From the NCBI RefSeq assembly GCF_009914755.1, contig NC_060930.1: a DNA stretch of 64,000 nt. The stretch is one strand, 5' to 3'. Of this stretch, positions 16,731 through 30,592 are shown piece by piece (positions within the stretch are counted from its first letter, which is position 1; each line of letters opens with the position of its first letter). The translations under genes and the position numbers were made by a program. The notes below the pieces were generated by a model that saw only the letters and a program-made list of their open reading frames with translations, did no database searches and was not told the origin of the DNA. The stretch is from the human T2T-CHM13v2.0 reference genome, Homo sapiens.

Positions 16731-18729
16731 GTAAGGGAAGAGCTGGCATTTATGCATTCGTGCTTCTTTGATGATGGCAAGTGGTATGCTGGCAGAGGTC
16801 CCCAGATCACCTCTGCCCAGGACACCTGCCACTCCCCAGGGGGGGACACCTGCTCCTTGAATCAGTGAATTGCTCAAGGAAGGGAGGGGAAGAGTGAGAG
16901 GGTGGAAGAGCTGAGGAGACTCAGAAAAAAATTAGATCCTTGGCTTATTTTGTTACCAAGGTAGCTTTCACTATGGAAACAGATGTTCTGGTTTGTCATT
17001 TGCAATCTGTGGGAAGGGAGTCTGTACTGGTTTAGTATAAGGGGAGAGAGGTCACTTTAGGTGATGAGGAACTTGGGAACAATCTGTACATACGTGACGG
17101 CTGATCCAGGCCCCACAGTCTTGGCGGTGGCCCGGGCCAGCCCTGCCTGGTGGTTGTCATCGTGTAGAACTGGGACGCACACACTGGGGAGTGGTCAGCA
17201 CGTGGGAATATCCTTGCACCATTATGAAGGGGCAGTTGCCGAGTATCTTGAGTACCCGAAGAATTCATTTATCCATCTCATAAGCCCCCAGTCAGTGGTT
17301 TGAGAAAGATTTTATGAAGAATACTGGAGCCTGGGGAGCAGAGTTCTTTTGCTTTGTTTCCTGGAGCTTTGGTACCATTTGAAGCTCGCTTCATTTGTCA
17401 GTTACTGAAGCAGCGCGGCACGGTGCGGTGGGCTGAGGGTCCAGGCCCGGCTTTGCCTCCCTCTGGCTGTATGGTGGATGGCCTCCTTCAACTCCCTTAT
17501 TTGGGGTCTGAGACACTCGGTCCCCCTTCTCTAAATGTCTTCCAACTCTGACGTGCTGGGTCCATGAATTAAGGCTTGGCACACACGTGCGGCTATTACC
17601 TTGCTCTGCAAGACAGATCTGAGCTTCCCCCTTTTGTTGATGTCGCTGTTTTACCAGGACTTCACCTAAGGCCCTATTCACAGGTAGCTTCCCAAAGCCC
17701 CTTCTTTTGGCCTCAGAGGGGAGAAAGGAAAGTTAGGAGAGATGACAGTTTAGTTTCATTTTCCATTATGTCTTGTCCTGCATCCAGGGTGTGGAGATGA
17801 AGTGAACAGCCAGGCTGTTCAGACTCAAGTTCTGAATAATCCCATCTCCACAGTCACCTTTTTCCAAGTCGCTGTGTGGCGCTGTAGATATTTTGGAAGC
17901 TTCAGAGCCCTTCTGACATCTTGAGAATAGTCATGGAGCTCTTGCCCCAAGAGTTAAGGGCAGAGTTGAGAGGAGAATCGATGTCCCTTTTTGGTAATAG
18001 TGTTGTTAGAATTTCCTGTTAGGCCACGCTGTACTGGGAGGGTCATTTCAGTGACAGGCTGGCAGAGTACTCAGATGGTGTCATGGGTGAAGTAGACAAG
18101 GACCGACTCTCCCTTCTCTCTGCAAGAAACCTGCACTTTGTTTTCTTAGGGCCCCCCTGGGTTGCAGCCCTTTGTCCCCCGCAGCTCTGCGCGGACCTGA
18201 TTTTGCTGCCCAGGAAGTCCTCCCAGGCAGCACCAGCCTGTGAGGCATGACTGCCAGGCCCCAACACCCTCGGACAAAATAACCCACACTTGGCACCTGT
18301 TGTGATTCACACACACACCACCGTTTCTTCATTTCTTTTTTGTTGCTGACGTTTAACACAGAATCTTGTTGTTTTTTAACCTGGATCCCCTGCATGCTCC
18401 TTGAAATTTTTGACATCTATGTGTTCCCTGAGATATGATTCAGTAACTTCCATCATCTCCCTTCTCTGAGCGGTCTGGCGCGGAATATGGTGAGGGAAGG
18501 CCAGGGAGGTTTTTATGGTGAAAGCATCCGTGTCACAGGCCTTGCCTTTTGCTCTCTGAACTAAGGCCAGAAAGTTCTGGGGATGCTTTGGGCTTTATAA
18601 AGCTCTGGGTCTTAGGTTCCCCTCTTGGGAAGTGAGGGAGTTATTATAGCTGACTTTGCAGTCAACTGCTTCTAGTATTTTAGGACTCAAAATTCTTCAG
18701 AATAAAAGAGAAATCTTTTCTATCACTAA

Positions 18730-19180
<451 letters not shown>

Positions 19181-19526
19181 TAGCCATGAGAGCTGCAGCT
19201 CTGTGGGAGTTTTTTATTGCCTTTGAATATGTGAGTTTGAGATTCTGTGAATCAGTCAACCCCAAAGTTGAAGGGCTCCCCAGAACTTGACCCTCCCAGC
19301 TCCATGCTGGACCTCTCACTGTGCTCCCTGAGGCAGAAGAGGCCAGGAGCTGGGGTGCACCTGACACCAGTGCCACCCAGACGCCCTTCCTCTGCAGGGA
19401 AGTGAGTGCCCCTGCTGCAGTGGCCTGAAGAAAGGGTGTTTCTGTCACCAAGACACTTACCTAAGCAGAGGGAATGATCGAGCTGTAAAGGTGTGGAATC
19501 CAGCTGTTGCCTGTATTGTGATATTA

Positions 19527-19916
<390 letters not shown>

Positions 19917-20027
19917 TCATTATCCTGATGGGAGCCTTGGGAGCTGCTGCCAGGTTGCTGCTACCCAAATCCTATGGGTATTTTGGAGACTAAAGCGTTG
20001 AAGACACTTTCTTCTATTTTCTTTCAG

Positions 20028-20096
20028 GATTTGAGCTGCCTCTTTGAATTATACTTGGAGCCACTTCAGAATGAGACCTTTCTTACCCAAGATGAG
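20028..20096 (+). CDS. TIAM2: TIAM2 coding exon (DLSCLFELYLEPLQNETFLTQDE)
   Basis: ttttctttcag|GAT ... GAG|gtaaat, 69 nt, continues DH frame. Confidence 0.97.
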
Positions 20097-20674
20097 GTAA
20101 ATAAAATCACCTTCCTTCTGTCCAGTGATCCACAGGTTAGTCTCTGTTTGCCTTTTAGCAGAACTCCTATGAGAGTATCTCTGTTGATCCCAAAAGAACA
20201 TCCCAAGACTTAACGGTCTTCTGAGAGTCCCAGGCATAGCCTCCTCCTAAACCACTGCTGTGGCCTCGGCTGCATGACCCAGTGGCAGAGTGTTTACAAA
20301 GGCAGAGGGACGGTTATGGTCTTTTTGAGGTAGAAGAGAGTGTGATCAGAAATTCCTTTTCAATACATACCTTTGTAATGTGAAACCACATAATTAGTTC
20401 TACTGACTTACATTTTTCTTAATTTGAATTCTGAGAATTTTACATCCACTTAAAAATTTACTGTAGTAATAGAGAATTATGGGGGATGGAGCTGTGAAAC
20501 TTTCTATGTATAAGCCATATCCCATAATGAATGTGCTGTCTTCTTAAAGGATTTACTTTCTGTCTGCTTTTCCGTGAAGAATTTCCTTGTGATTTATTTG
20601 TGGGCCTAAGAGTTAGCGTGGTGTCCCGAACTTCATGGCTAATCCCCTCATTTCAAATCCTGATCTTCACATAG

Positions 20675-20800
20675 ATGGAGTCACTTTTTGGAAGTTTGCC
20701 AGAGATGCTTGAGTTTCAGAAGGTGTTTCTGGAGACCCTGGAGGATGGGATTTCAGCATCATCTGACTTTAACACCCTAGAAACCCCCTCACAGTTTAGA
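20675..20800 (+). CDS. TIAM2: TIAM2 coding exon (MESLFGSLPEMLEFQKVFLETLEDG...SQFR)
   Basis: cacatag|ATG ... AGA|gtaagt, 126 nt. Confidence 0.96.
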
Positions 20801-21639
20801 GTAAGTATCTCAGATTTAGGCTTAAAGTAAAAATACGTGGCTATGGTACGTATTTCTCTCATGAGAATTCTCTCATGAGAAAGAATTTCTTGTCCTGTGA
20901 CTATTGACTATTTATTGTCCTGTGACTATTTCCTTGCACCGTTTTCCTCTGTCAGGTGGTAAAGGAAGGCTGTATATATTTTTTTTTCCTGGCGCAGGTG
21001 CTTTTGGTAGTCAGAAGTCCAGCAGCACCTCCTGCCTGGTTGTTGAACACGTACGTGCTCTTTTCTCAGCTGCTGTGAAGGATATCCAAGGTGGTTGCTT
21101 CTGAAACCAGAGCTCCTACCCTGTGCCCAATCCTTCTTCCCCGTGGTCATGTGGATCTGGGATTAAGAGAATAGGTTTCTAATTGCTGGGCTCAAGCCCT
21201 CTCTTCTATGAAGCACCAGTGCTCCATAGCATCCGTGTAAGCCGCAGTGTGGCAGGAAGCCCCTCCAAGGGGACCTGGAACGATACAGACAGCATCACTC
21301 TCCCCAAGCAATGCAGAGTCGGCTTTATTAGTGAACCTCTCTCAGATTGTTTATATCCCACCTTGTCAGCTGTATTTTTGTAGAACTTTCTTTGTTTCTT
21401 GTCCTTGGATTGCACACTGTCAGTAGGCTCTGCCGCTGGAAACTTTGCAGTCAAGCTAGATACCTGCCAGGGGAGCGCCTGGGCTGTTCCCCACCTCCTG
21501 TGTGGATGGAGCAGGTTTGAACTTCTCCAAGGCATTAGTGCTATGGAATCTGACAGAAGCCATGGGGCCGTCAAATGCCATAAGCCAGCACGCATTGATT
21601 AAACCATGTCTGATTTGACTTTCCCCTCTGCCCTTCTAG

Positions 21640-21748
21640 AAATTACTGTTTTCCCTTGGAGGCTCTTTCCTTTATTACGCGGACCACTTTAAACTGTACA
21701 GTGGATTCTGTGCTAACCATATCAAAGTACAGAAGGTTCTGGAGCGAG
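21640..21748 (+). CDS. TIAM2: TIAM2 coding exon ([36 protein letters not shown])
   Basis: cccttctag|AAA ... CGAG|gtaagt, 109 nt; DH Y..FCANH motif. Confidence 0.96.
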
Positions 21749-22519
21749 GTAAGTTGCTTATGCCTTTTATAGTTTTTTTTTTTTTTTTTTTTGCATTTTT
21801 AACTGTTAGTAAAGGGTAAATCTGTATTTAACAAGTAGAGAGTAAGTACAATTTTGATGTATTAAGGTCCATCCTTGACCTTGACAGTGGCAAATATTAA
21901 AGGGAAAGGTTTCTGTTTCTGTCAGTTAATTAGTAGCTGGGAACAAGTATGCCTAAGAGCAGAGATGTTGCTTTGCCATGTGTCACTTTGCTGTCAGTTA
22001 CATCTGGATTCTTTTCTTGCCAAATTCCTTTCTCTAAAAACTTGCAACCCCAAACCCTAGATGGGAGTAGAAAGAAATGCATGCTATGGTGTTTTTTTTT
22101 TTTTCCTTGTTAATCTTCTTAAGCCTGAGGAGCCACAACAGCCTACCACGAAACTCACAAGAAGTGTGTCAGCTGAAAGTAAAGTCTCTCTGGTGCAACT
22201 GGAAAGAGCTCACATTTCCCAAAGGTTGCTCTTCGGTGTTTCTCTCTGCGTGGGCCTGGAGGGCATCTGGAGGTTTATCCTGACGCCCTTAGTGCTCATT
22301 CATGTCCACGGATGCAGCTCTGCCATTGGATTTTAATCCAGAACGTCATGATATCCCAGAAGAAAAGCCCCACATTTAAAAAGTGGGGTCTTAGAGTGCT
22401 TCAAATGAGCAAGACCCAGCCCAAATCCATCTTCTCCAGTTGCTTTAGACAGTTGCTGAACTCTGTTGCCATTTCCTCCCACAAACACCCTCTTTTTAAT
22501 TAAATTTAATTAATTAATT

Positions 22520-22657
22520 TTAAAAATGTAAAAATGTTCGTAGAAATGGGTCTCACTGTGTTGCCCAGGCTGGTCTCAAGCTCCTGGCCTCAAGTGATCC
22601 TCCTATCTAGGCCTCCCAAAGTGCTGGGATTATAGGCATGAGCCACCACGCCTGGCC
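22520..22657 (-). mobile_element. Alu left monomer (FLAM-like)
   Basis: Single Alu arm, antisense. Confidence 0.85.
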
Positions 22658-23348
22658 CACAAGCACCTTTGTATTGACAGTCTGTAGTACAGTGAAAGCA
22701 TACCAATGTACTTGTCAATACATATTGACAGTCAGTGCAGTACAGTGACAGCATACCAATGGCTTGCCCCGTTCCTCCTTTGTCATAAAGAAGAGGGGTC
22801 CTGTCACCACCTACTTGGCCTGGTAATCACATTCAAAATGGTATTGCATCTCCTAGAATGTTGTAGATTTTGATCTTACAACACAATCCCAAATAAGGGT
22901 GTATCTTCCTTCAGAGTAGCTGCATTCCAAGCAACTGGGCATCCAGTGCCAACTGGTGGAATCCAAGTAGCACTGGTGTATCCGCTGGTACCCAAACCAA
23001 ATGCACCTGGATTCCTACACACACCCTTCATGGCACTCAGACAAAGGGGCAGTTTTCACTGCCAGAGAGGGTCCTACTGCCATGCCTGTTGGAAGGGAGC
23101 TGTGGCTCTAGGTATGCGAAAGGTGAATCTGCTTGGAGCTGTGGAGTGAAGGCTGTAGGCTGCAGGCTGTGGTGCCTGTCACCTTACTTTACAGGAGAAA
23201 AGATACTGCTTTCCAGATAACCCTTAAGTGTACAGAATACAAATAAGCAACAACTAGAGTGAGGCCAGTGGGAAAAACACTGGTTTATTTTCCTTTATGA
23301 AATTTTTGTGGGTATGGTGTAGGGTCTGGATAACATTGCTTAATGGCT

Positions 23349-23649
<301 letters not shown>

Positions 23650-24021
23650 ACGCTTCATGGCTTTTAATGAATTGTTTGAAACTCACTTTTTAGGCCACCT
23701 ATAACAGTATTTCTCATGGGTATGCATGAAATGTGTCTTTAAAGTCAGACATTCCTGCATTTTGAGTCGGTGTTAGTCTTTGGGGCGCAGCCTGCATTCC
23801 ATCCTCGGAAGCTCCCAGCACTCCAGGGCTCTGTCAGGGCTGTGAGGCGGAATCCCACGCTGACAGCTGGGTGCCTGACCCACTGATGTGTTGGGGTTTT
23901 CATTAAAGAATGGCATTAGGAGGACTATAGAAATAGATGATCTATAAATGTTAAAAGAGAAATGAAGAATTTAATTCACCCCACTGTGCTCTTCTGAGGT
24001 CTTTTATCCATCTGCTTGTAG

Positions 24022-24201
24022 CTAAAACTGACAAAGCCTTCAAGGCTTTTCTGGACGCCCGGAACCCCACCAAGCAGCATTCCTCCACGCTGGAGTCCTA
24101 CCTCATCAAGCCGGTTCAGAGAGTGCTCAAGTACCCGCTGCTGCTCAAGGAGCTGGTGTCCCTGACGGACCAGGAGAGCGAGGAGCACTACCACCTGACG
24201 G
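24022..24201 (+). CDS. TIAM2: TIAM2 coding exon ([11 protein letters not shown]...[22 protein letters not shown]...HLT)
   Basis: gcttgtag|CT ... ACGG|gtgagg, 180 nt; DH CR3 signature LIKPVQR.LKYPLLL. Confidence 0.98.
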
Positions 24202-25399
24202 GTGAGGCGGCGGCGGCACCTCCGGGCGAGGGCCTGCACAGGGCGGCGAGGGGCTGCCAGCCGTGCCCTGGGCCTGACAGCTCACCTCTTCCCCGCCTAG
24301 TGGCACGTCCTAAGTCACTTTTCAGTTCTGCGATGGTTAATCTTAGGTTTCACGTGAATATGTGAAACTAGCTAGGCGTCTGGGCACTCCTTTAGAGCTT
24401 ACAAAATACTTGGGTAGAAATGATCTCATCCGGGTAGCGCCATACTCCTCCTATGCAGGGATGATTCTGTCTTCACTCTCAAAATAAGTAAATTACCTCA
24501 GGTCACGTGGCTGTGAAACAGTGCCCCTGGAACTGAAAATCAGGCCTATTTTCCTACCACTTGGTTAAGTTTTGTGGGGTTCGCTGCCCGAGCTGCTGGT
24601 CGGATTTGTTGGGTGAGGCTCCACCTTGTGGAGATCTCTGAGCAGAGCTCGGCTTCAAAACCAAACTCCCAATGATGGGTTATGCTTTCAAGTCGCTACT
24701 GGTGTGTTACTGTTTGAACCTCTGAAATTACTGGCCTGAGACACAATTTGTCAAAAACACAAAGCCTTGCAGTTTGATAGTAAATAGAGGATCCTTAAAG
24801 AGGGGCTTTATTTGGGTTGGAGATAGTGATTTGTTCATATGTTGAAACTAGGAGGTCCAATTAAACCATAGGTGATAAAATTTATGGGGAGAGAGAGGCT
24901 TATTAACACTTTAGTATTACTGAATAATAAATACTGAGAAGAGCGTAAATTAAACTGGCTTTTTTTCCATGACAAGCATACTTTGGTATCAAAATCAACA
25001 AGAGGAAAGCATTTTTGTATGACAGTTAACTTCTATAAGTAAATAATACAAATTATGTTCAGCATTCATACTATGTAAAAACTTCATTTTGTATTAAGAT
25101 GATCTTTAGAAGGGTTTGATTTAAAAAACTTCCTTCCAAACTTCCCTCCAGTTAGAATTAAAATGCTGAATTGGGAGAAAAAAAAGTATAAAGAATACTG
25201 AATTTAGAAGTGACCTAAAATTTTGCTTTTTGGCTTTTATAAAATAATGTATCTCTCATATTCCCTCGCGGAAAGTTATGAACATATACCATATATAAAT
25301 GCAAACAATTGTTCTGTCAGTCAGTCATGTACTGGGGTGTTTTTAAGTTCCATTTAAACCTAGATCCGGGTTCCCAGAAGGGCAAGCCAAACTCGAGAG

Positions 25400-25630
25400 C
25401 TGGTGCCCTAAGCCCAGTCAGGCTTGGGTTTGAAGCCTGGCTCCATTCTTGTGTTTTCCTCTCTGGAACTCTGGCAGAATATCCTGCACTCACTTTTCTC
25501 ATCTGTAAAATGGGATGGTTTAGTCTTTGAGTTATTGCGGGCACTAAATGAGATGATTCACAGAAATCACCTGTCGTGATCCTTGCTAAGTAGAAAGTGC
25601 TCCAGAAATGTCAGTTGTTGTTATTAGTGA
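25400..25630 (+). mobile_element. MIR
   Basis: MIR core TTTTCTCATCTGTAAAATGGG. Confidence 0.7.
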
Positions 25631-25872
25631 TACTTTTCACTGATACTCTGTCTCATTTCAAAAAGAATTTGAAGTAGGAGATAATTTTGCTGTTCTTCAT
25701 TCTAAGGGCTGGGCTACAGTGGGCTGTTGTGACTTATTCTGAATGTAATGCTCCTGCTAGTGGGTACTGGTCTGGAATCCTGAGTTGAATCTTGACTCCA
25801 TTCATTATTACTGTTGGATAGAATCTAAAACAAATAACAGTTATGAAATAAATATGATTTCATATCTTGCAG

Positions 25873-25991
25873 AAGCACTAAAGGCAATGGAGAAAGTAGC
25901 GAGCCACATCAATGAGATGCAGAAGATCTATGAGGATTATGGGACCGTGTTTGACCAGCTAGTAGCTGAGCAGAGCGGAACAGAGAAGGAG
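25873..25991 (+). CDS. TIAM2: TIAM2 coding exon ([24 protein letters not shown]...TEKE)
   Basis: tcttgcag|AA ... GAG|gtccgt, 119 nt; DH C-terminal helix HINE. Confidence 0.96.
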
Positions 25992-26558
25992 GTCCGTGAG
26001 GCATCTGCACCCTGGGAGCCTAGTGCATGTGGTGTGGGGTCTGTAGGTGACCTTCTAGATAGGCTGCCCTGTTAGGACTTTCCTGGAGGAGAAAATGCCT
26101 AAGATTTTTCTTGATAACAATGTGTCTAATGAACTACACAATTTACATATAGACATATCATAAAATTCATTACACTGGTTTAAAATATAACCTTATGTCA
26201 CGTTCACATTGTCTGGAACATCCGTGGAGGGTGAGAGCTGGCAGAGGGTGGGGTGGAGAAAGGACATGGGAACTGGCATGTGGAGTCTGGGGCTTTTCCT
26301 TTTTGATTTTGCCTTTTTTTTTTTTTTTTTAAACATCAAATATTGGTGGTTACCTGCTTACTTATAAAACTAGTCCAAGCAGGATTTGACATTTTCTGTA
26401 TTTTTCCTTTTTATCTGATTGCTTAATTTAGAATCTTGTGCTTCTCAAGCCAGCATGCAGGAAGTAGCATAGTTTAGGGAGAAAATGGCAGGAACAGGAA
26501 AGGACTGGAGATCAGTCCTTCACTCTGGCCAGTTTCAATGCTGGTGCTCTTTTATCAG

Positions 26559-26645
26559 CAGCCCGAATGGAGCTCAGAGGTGACGGATGTACTAGATCCC
26601 AGGGGAAAGCTTACAAAAGGCACTCTGGAAGAACCACGGACACTG
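26559..26645 (+). CDS. TIAM2: Putative in-frame cassette exon of TIAM2 (QPEWSSEVTDVLDPRGKLTKGTLEEPRTL, 29 aa)
   Basis: ctcttttatcag|CAG ... CTG|gtagag, 87 nt, phase 0/0 matching the flanking exons, no stop. Confidence 0.6.
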
Positions 26646-26931
26646 GTAGAGTTCATCTTATGGAAACTGAGTTGGTCACAAGGCATGTCTCACCTACATG
26701 TGCGTGCACTGGAGCAAAATGCCTTCACCTTTGTTATTCATCAGACACTTGGGTGCTTAACTCATATTTTCAAAAGCTCCACCGTTTAAGGCCCCATGTT
26801 TACAGGTATCATAAAAATTAAACCAGCTGTGCTTGCATTTTAGCAATGACTGTGTGTACATCACTATCTAACAAGAGATCATCTAGCCTGGGATTTCCGT
26901 ATCTTCCTTACCTCCTGTTTTTACAATCTAG

Positions 26932-27040
26932 GTAACAGAACTTTCGATGGGAGAGCTTCTGATGCACTCTACGGTTTCCTGGTTGAATCCATTTCTGTCT
27001 CTAGGAAAAGCTAGAAAGGACCTTGAGCTCACAGTATTTG
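26932..27040 (+). CDS. TIAM2: TIAM2 coding exon (VTELSMGELLMHSTVSWLNPFLSLGKARKDLELTVF)
   Basis: tttttacaatctag|GTA ... TTTG|gttagt, 109 nt. Confidence 0.95.
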
Positions 27041-27303
27041 GTTAGTATTCCATTCAGAAGAATGCAGACTGAACAGAGGCTGGGATTACGGAAGAACTTC
27101 ACTAGCCGCACCAGTCCAGCTCACTCCTGAGCTCCAGGAGTCAGAATTGCTATAATGGTTGGGGACTTAACAGGGCCAGCCCCCAACTATTTGAAACTCC
27201 GGCATCGCTCTGCATCCTCATTATCTTGTTCTCCCTTCTGCTGCTTGGCTCAGGCCAAGTGTTACAGGAACAGATCCCTGCGGCTATTTTGAAACCTGCT
27301 ATC

Positions 27304-27605
<302 letters not shown>

Positions 27606-27963
27606 AGAAACCTGCTATCTTAATAGTCTGCTGTATTTCAAATGTTTTAATTCTGAGAGTTGGGAGAACAAGTGACAGTATATTGTCACTGAGATGAACA
27701 CAGTGTCCTCAGCTTTCAATAAAACAAAGAGTTTAAAAAAGCCAAGATCAACTTCTAATAGTAGCTTTTAAATAAGCAGGTGCTTCTGCATAGTTCAAAT
27801 ATGAGCGAAAGGGAAGTACCATTTATTCACTCATGTTGGCAGAGTGAGGTCTTAGAGACTCATACGTTTGAAGAGTGTTACTCTGTTAAGACGTTCAGCT
27901 CTAGTTTAACCTTGGAAGAGTTTGCATAAAATAAAGACTTTCTTTCTCTTTTCCTTTCTTTAG

Positions 27964-28022
27964 TTTTTAAGAGAGCCGTCATACTGGTTTATAAAGAAAA
28001 CTGCAAACTGAAAAAGAAATTG
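27964..28022 (+). CDS. TIAM2: TIAM2 coding exon (VFKRAVILVYKENCKLKKKL), PH domain
   Basis: Long polypyrimidine tract ...tttctttag|TT ... TTG|gtaagg, 59 nt. Confidence 0.95.
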
Positions 28023-28219
28023 GTAAGGCAAAAATTCATTTTAATTTAAGCTACCTTTTCATAGCTGTATCTTCCTATTAACGTTGAACTGAAAAGCCCA
28101 CTGAGCACCAAGGCTGGGCTGACTGATACTGCTTACTCTGAGGGTAACTAACCCCATCACATACTGAGAGCGTTTCTGAGTCTCCCCATGAAAGATGTCT
28201 GTTTTAAAAGAAGATGTAC

Positions 28220-28510
28220 AGCTGGGCACGGTGGCTCATGCCTGTAATCTCAGCACTTTGGGAGGCTGAGGCTTGAGCCCAGGAATTTGAGACCAGCCTG
28301 GCCAACATGGTGAAACCCTGCCTCTACCAAAAATACAAGTAACTGGGTGTGGTAGCACGTGCCTGTAGTCCCAGCTACTCGGGAGGCTGAGGCAGGAGGA
28401 TCAATTGAGCCCAGGAGGTGGAAGCTGCAGTGAGCCTTGATCATGCCACTGCATTCCAGCCTGTGCGACAGAGTGAGACCCTGTCAATAAATACATAAAT
28501 AAGTAAATAA
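28220..28510 (+). mobile_element. AluJ with a small internal deletion
   Basis: Alu consensus, (TAAA)n tail. Confidence 0.9.
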
Positions 28511-28966
28511 AGTAGATAAATACTCATATGGGGGCCTACATAGAACATCGACTTTTATATCCCTGAAAATGGCCCATGTTTGTTCCATAAACATAGTCTG
28601 TGAAACTTTGGTTTATTTTCAAATGCCTTTTACCTTCACTCAGAAAAAAGCAAAGCCTAGCTGTGGATACCATATGCCATTGGTTTACCATTCAGAGGCA
28701 GCGTCAGGGCGTGGAAGCCTTGGCTGCTGTTCTTGCTTTGAGACCTGTAACTGCTTCTGAACCACAACTCTGCCTCCGCACCTTCCCTAGCATGTGAGGT
28801 CTTTGAGAACTGGGTGCGTAGCTGATTGACTTCTGTGCCCTGAACACCCACATGGCTGCTCGGAGACTCGCCCACAGGGAGAACATAAACTTCTATTCAC
28901 TGTGCACACATCCTCCCTCAGTGACAGCTTCCCTAACACTTTTCTTGGTGGGCCTTCATGTTACAG

Positions 28967-29072
28967 CCCTCGAATTCCCGGCCTGCACACAACTCTACTG
29001 ACTTGGACCCATTTAAATTCCGCTGGTTGATCCCCATCTCCGCGCTTCAAGTCAGACTGGGGAATCCAGCAG
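28967..29072 (+). CDS. TIAM2: TIAM2 coding exon (PSNSRPAHNSTDLDPFKFRWLIPISALQVRLGNPA)
   Basis: gttacag|CCC ... GCAG|gtaact, 106 nt. Confidence 0.95.
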
Positions 29073-29991
29073 GTAACTGTTTTGTGCAGTACGATGCCAG
29101 AAAAAGCATTTTAGTAGACTTAACTGTGGAATGTAAATTAAGAAAGGACCTTGGGGATAATTTTTGGTGCCTTTTATTTTATAGACAAGGAAAATGAGGA
29201 CAAGAGAGGTTGTTTTGATGTTCCTTAGCAGACTTCTGGGAGAAACTAAATGCTGGTGGATAGCTTTTTCTTTGCCAAATGCCTTTCATTGTTTCCTTAT
29301 TTTCCCTATCAATAGTTTTCAACATTTTCCTTTCTGCCTTGATACCCTAAAATGTGTTAGAAAAACAAAGATCCACAAATTTATGTTTTTACAAATTTAG
29401 AATATAGCAGAAAATTCCTTAAGGTTAGGTAGTACTGTAGGTGATATAAAAAGAAAAAAATCTTTGACTCTGGAAAATGTTCAGAGATCCTTCCAGAGTA
29501 ACCTTGTTTTGGTGACAGGTATCTGGTGACAGAAGAGGCCAGCAGGCTGAGTCATGCAGTGACCTGCTGGGCTTCTGTTTAACTTTTGTCAGAAGTGCTT
29601 ATGTTTTCGAGAAAATGACCACATTTGGGGCAGGCCTCTTTTACCTCAAGTACCCCAGCTCCTGTTCCTTCCAAGGAAAGGGCAAAACTGCAAAGGAGGT
29701 TGAAGAATAGGATCCACTGAATCTCCTCTTCCCCAGAGAGGGGCTCCAGAGAGAGGGTGAAGGCAGTTCAGATGGAGGAAAATCTGCAGCAGGAAATGTA
29801 AAAAGTAACCAAAAGGCATTTCAGTTCTTGTAACTGTGAAAATCATACATAGAACAAGCCACAGAAGAAAATGAGCCAGGACTGGGAATATTAGACTTTC
29901 TTAACTGATGAGATTTCAACTTTACAAGTGTTCTTAACCACAGCATTTTGGGCAAAGTTGTAGACTCTTGTTTCCATTTCCTTTTACATAG

Positions 29992-30079
29992 GGACAGAAA
30001 ATAATTCCATATGGGAACTGATCCATACGAAGTCAGAAATAGAAGGACGGCCAGAAACCATCTTTCAGTTGTGTTGCAG
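29992..30079 (+). CDS. TIAM2: TIAM2 coding exon (GTENNSIWELIHTKSEIEGRPETIFQLCC)
   Basis: cttttacatag|GG ... GCAG|gtatga, 88 nt. Confidence 0.95.
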
Positions 30080-30437
30080 GTATGACTGACTTCCAAAGAT
30101 TAAAACCAACAGAAATAACATAGAATTATGTCTCTTAAGGGAATTTATATTTAGTGCCCTCCTGAATTTTGATGATATCAGGGTCATACTCCCCACCCTC
30201 CGAAAAAGGCAACTGAGGCCGCTAGTAGGAGACTATGTTGATTAAATAAATATCAAAATCTTAAGAGTGATCAATTCTCACCTCCTTCTGTACGGGAGGC
30301 CACATGGCACTGCTGTTGGGTGGCTGGCTGGCAGCCTGGTCCAGCAGGTGCAAGGCACAGGAACACAGGCGGGCGTGGAATGGAAGCACGATGAACACTG
30401 TGGACACTTCTGCTGTTTTCTCTCCCCCCCGACCCAG

Positions 30438-30592
30438 TGACAGTGAAAGCAAAACCAACATTGTTAAGGTGATTCGTTCTATTCTGAGGGAAAACTTCAG
30501 GCGTCACATAAAGTGTGAATTACCACTGGAGAAAACGTGTAAGGATCGCCTGGTACCTCTTAAGAACCGAGTTCCTGTTTCGGCCAAATTAG
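30438..30592 (+). CDS. TIAM2: TIAM2 coding exon (SDSESKTNIVKVIRSILRENFRRHIKCELPLEK...SAKL)
   Basis: cccgacccag|T ... TTAG|gtgaga, 155 nt; PH C-terminal helix. Confidence 0.95.

Noticed and set aside
23976-24239. 87-aa antisense ORF over the GC-rich DH exon
   Set aside because: Expected stop-codon depletion opposite a GC-rich coding exon
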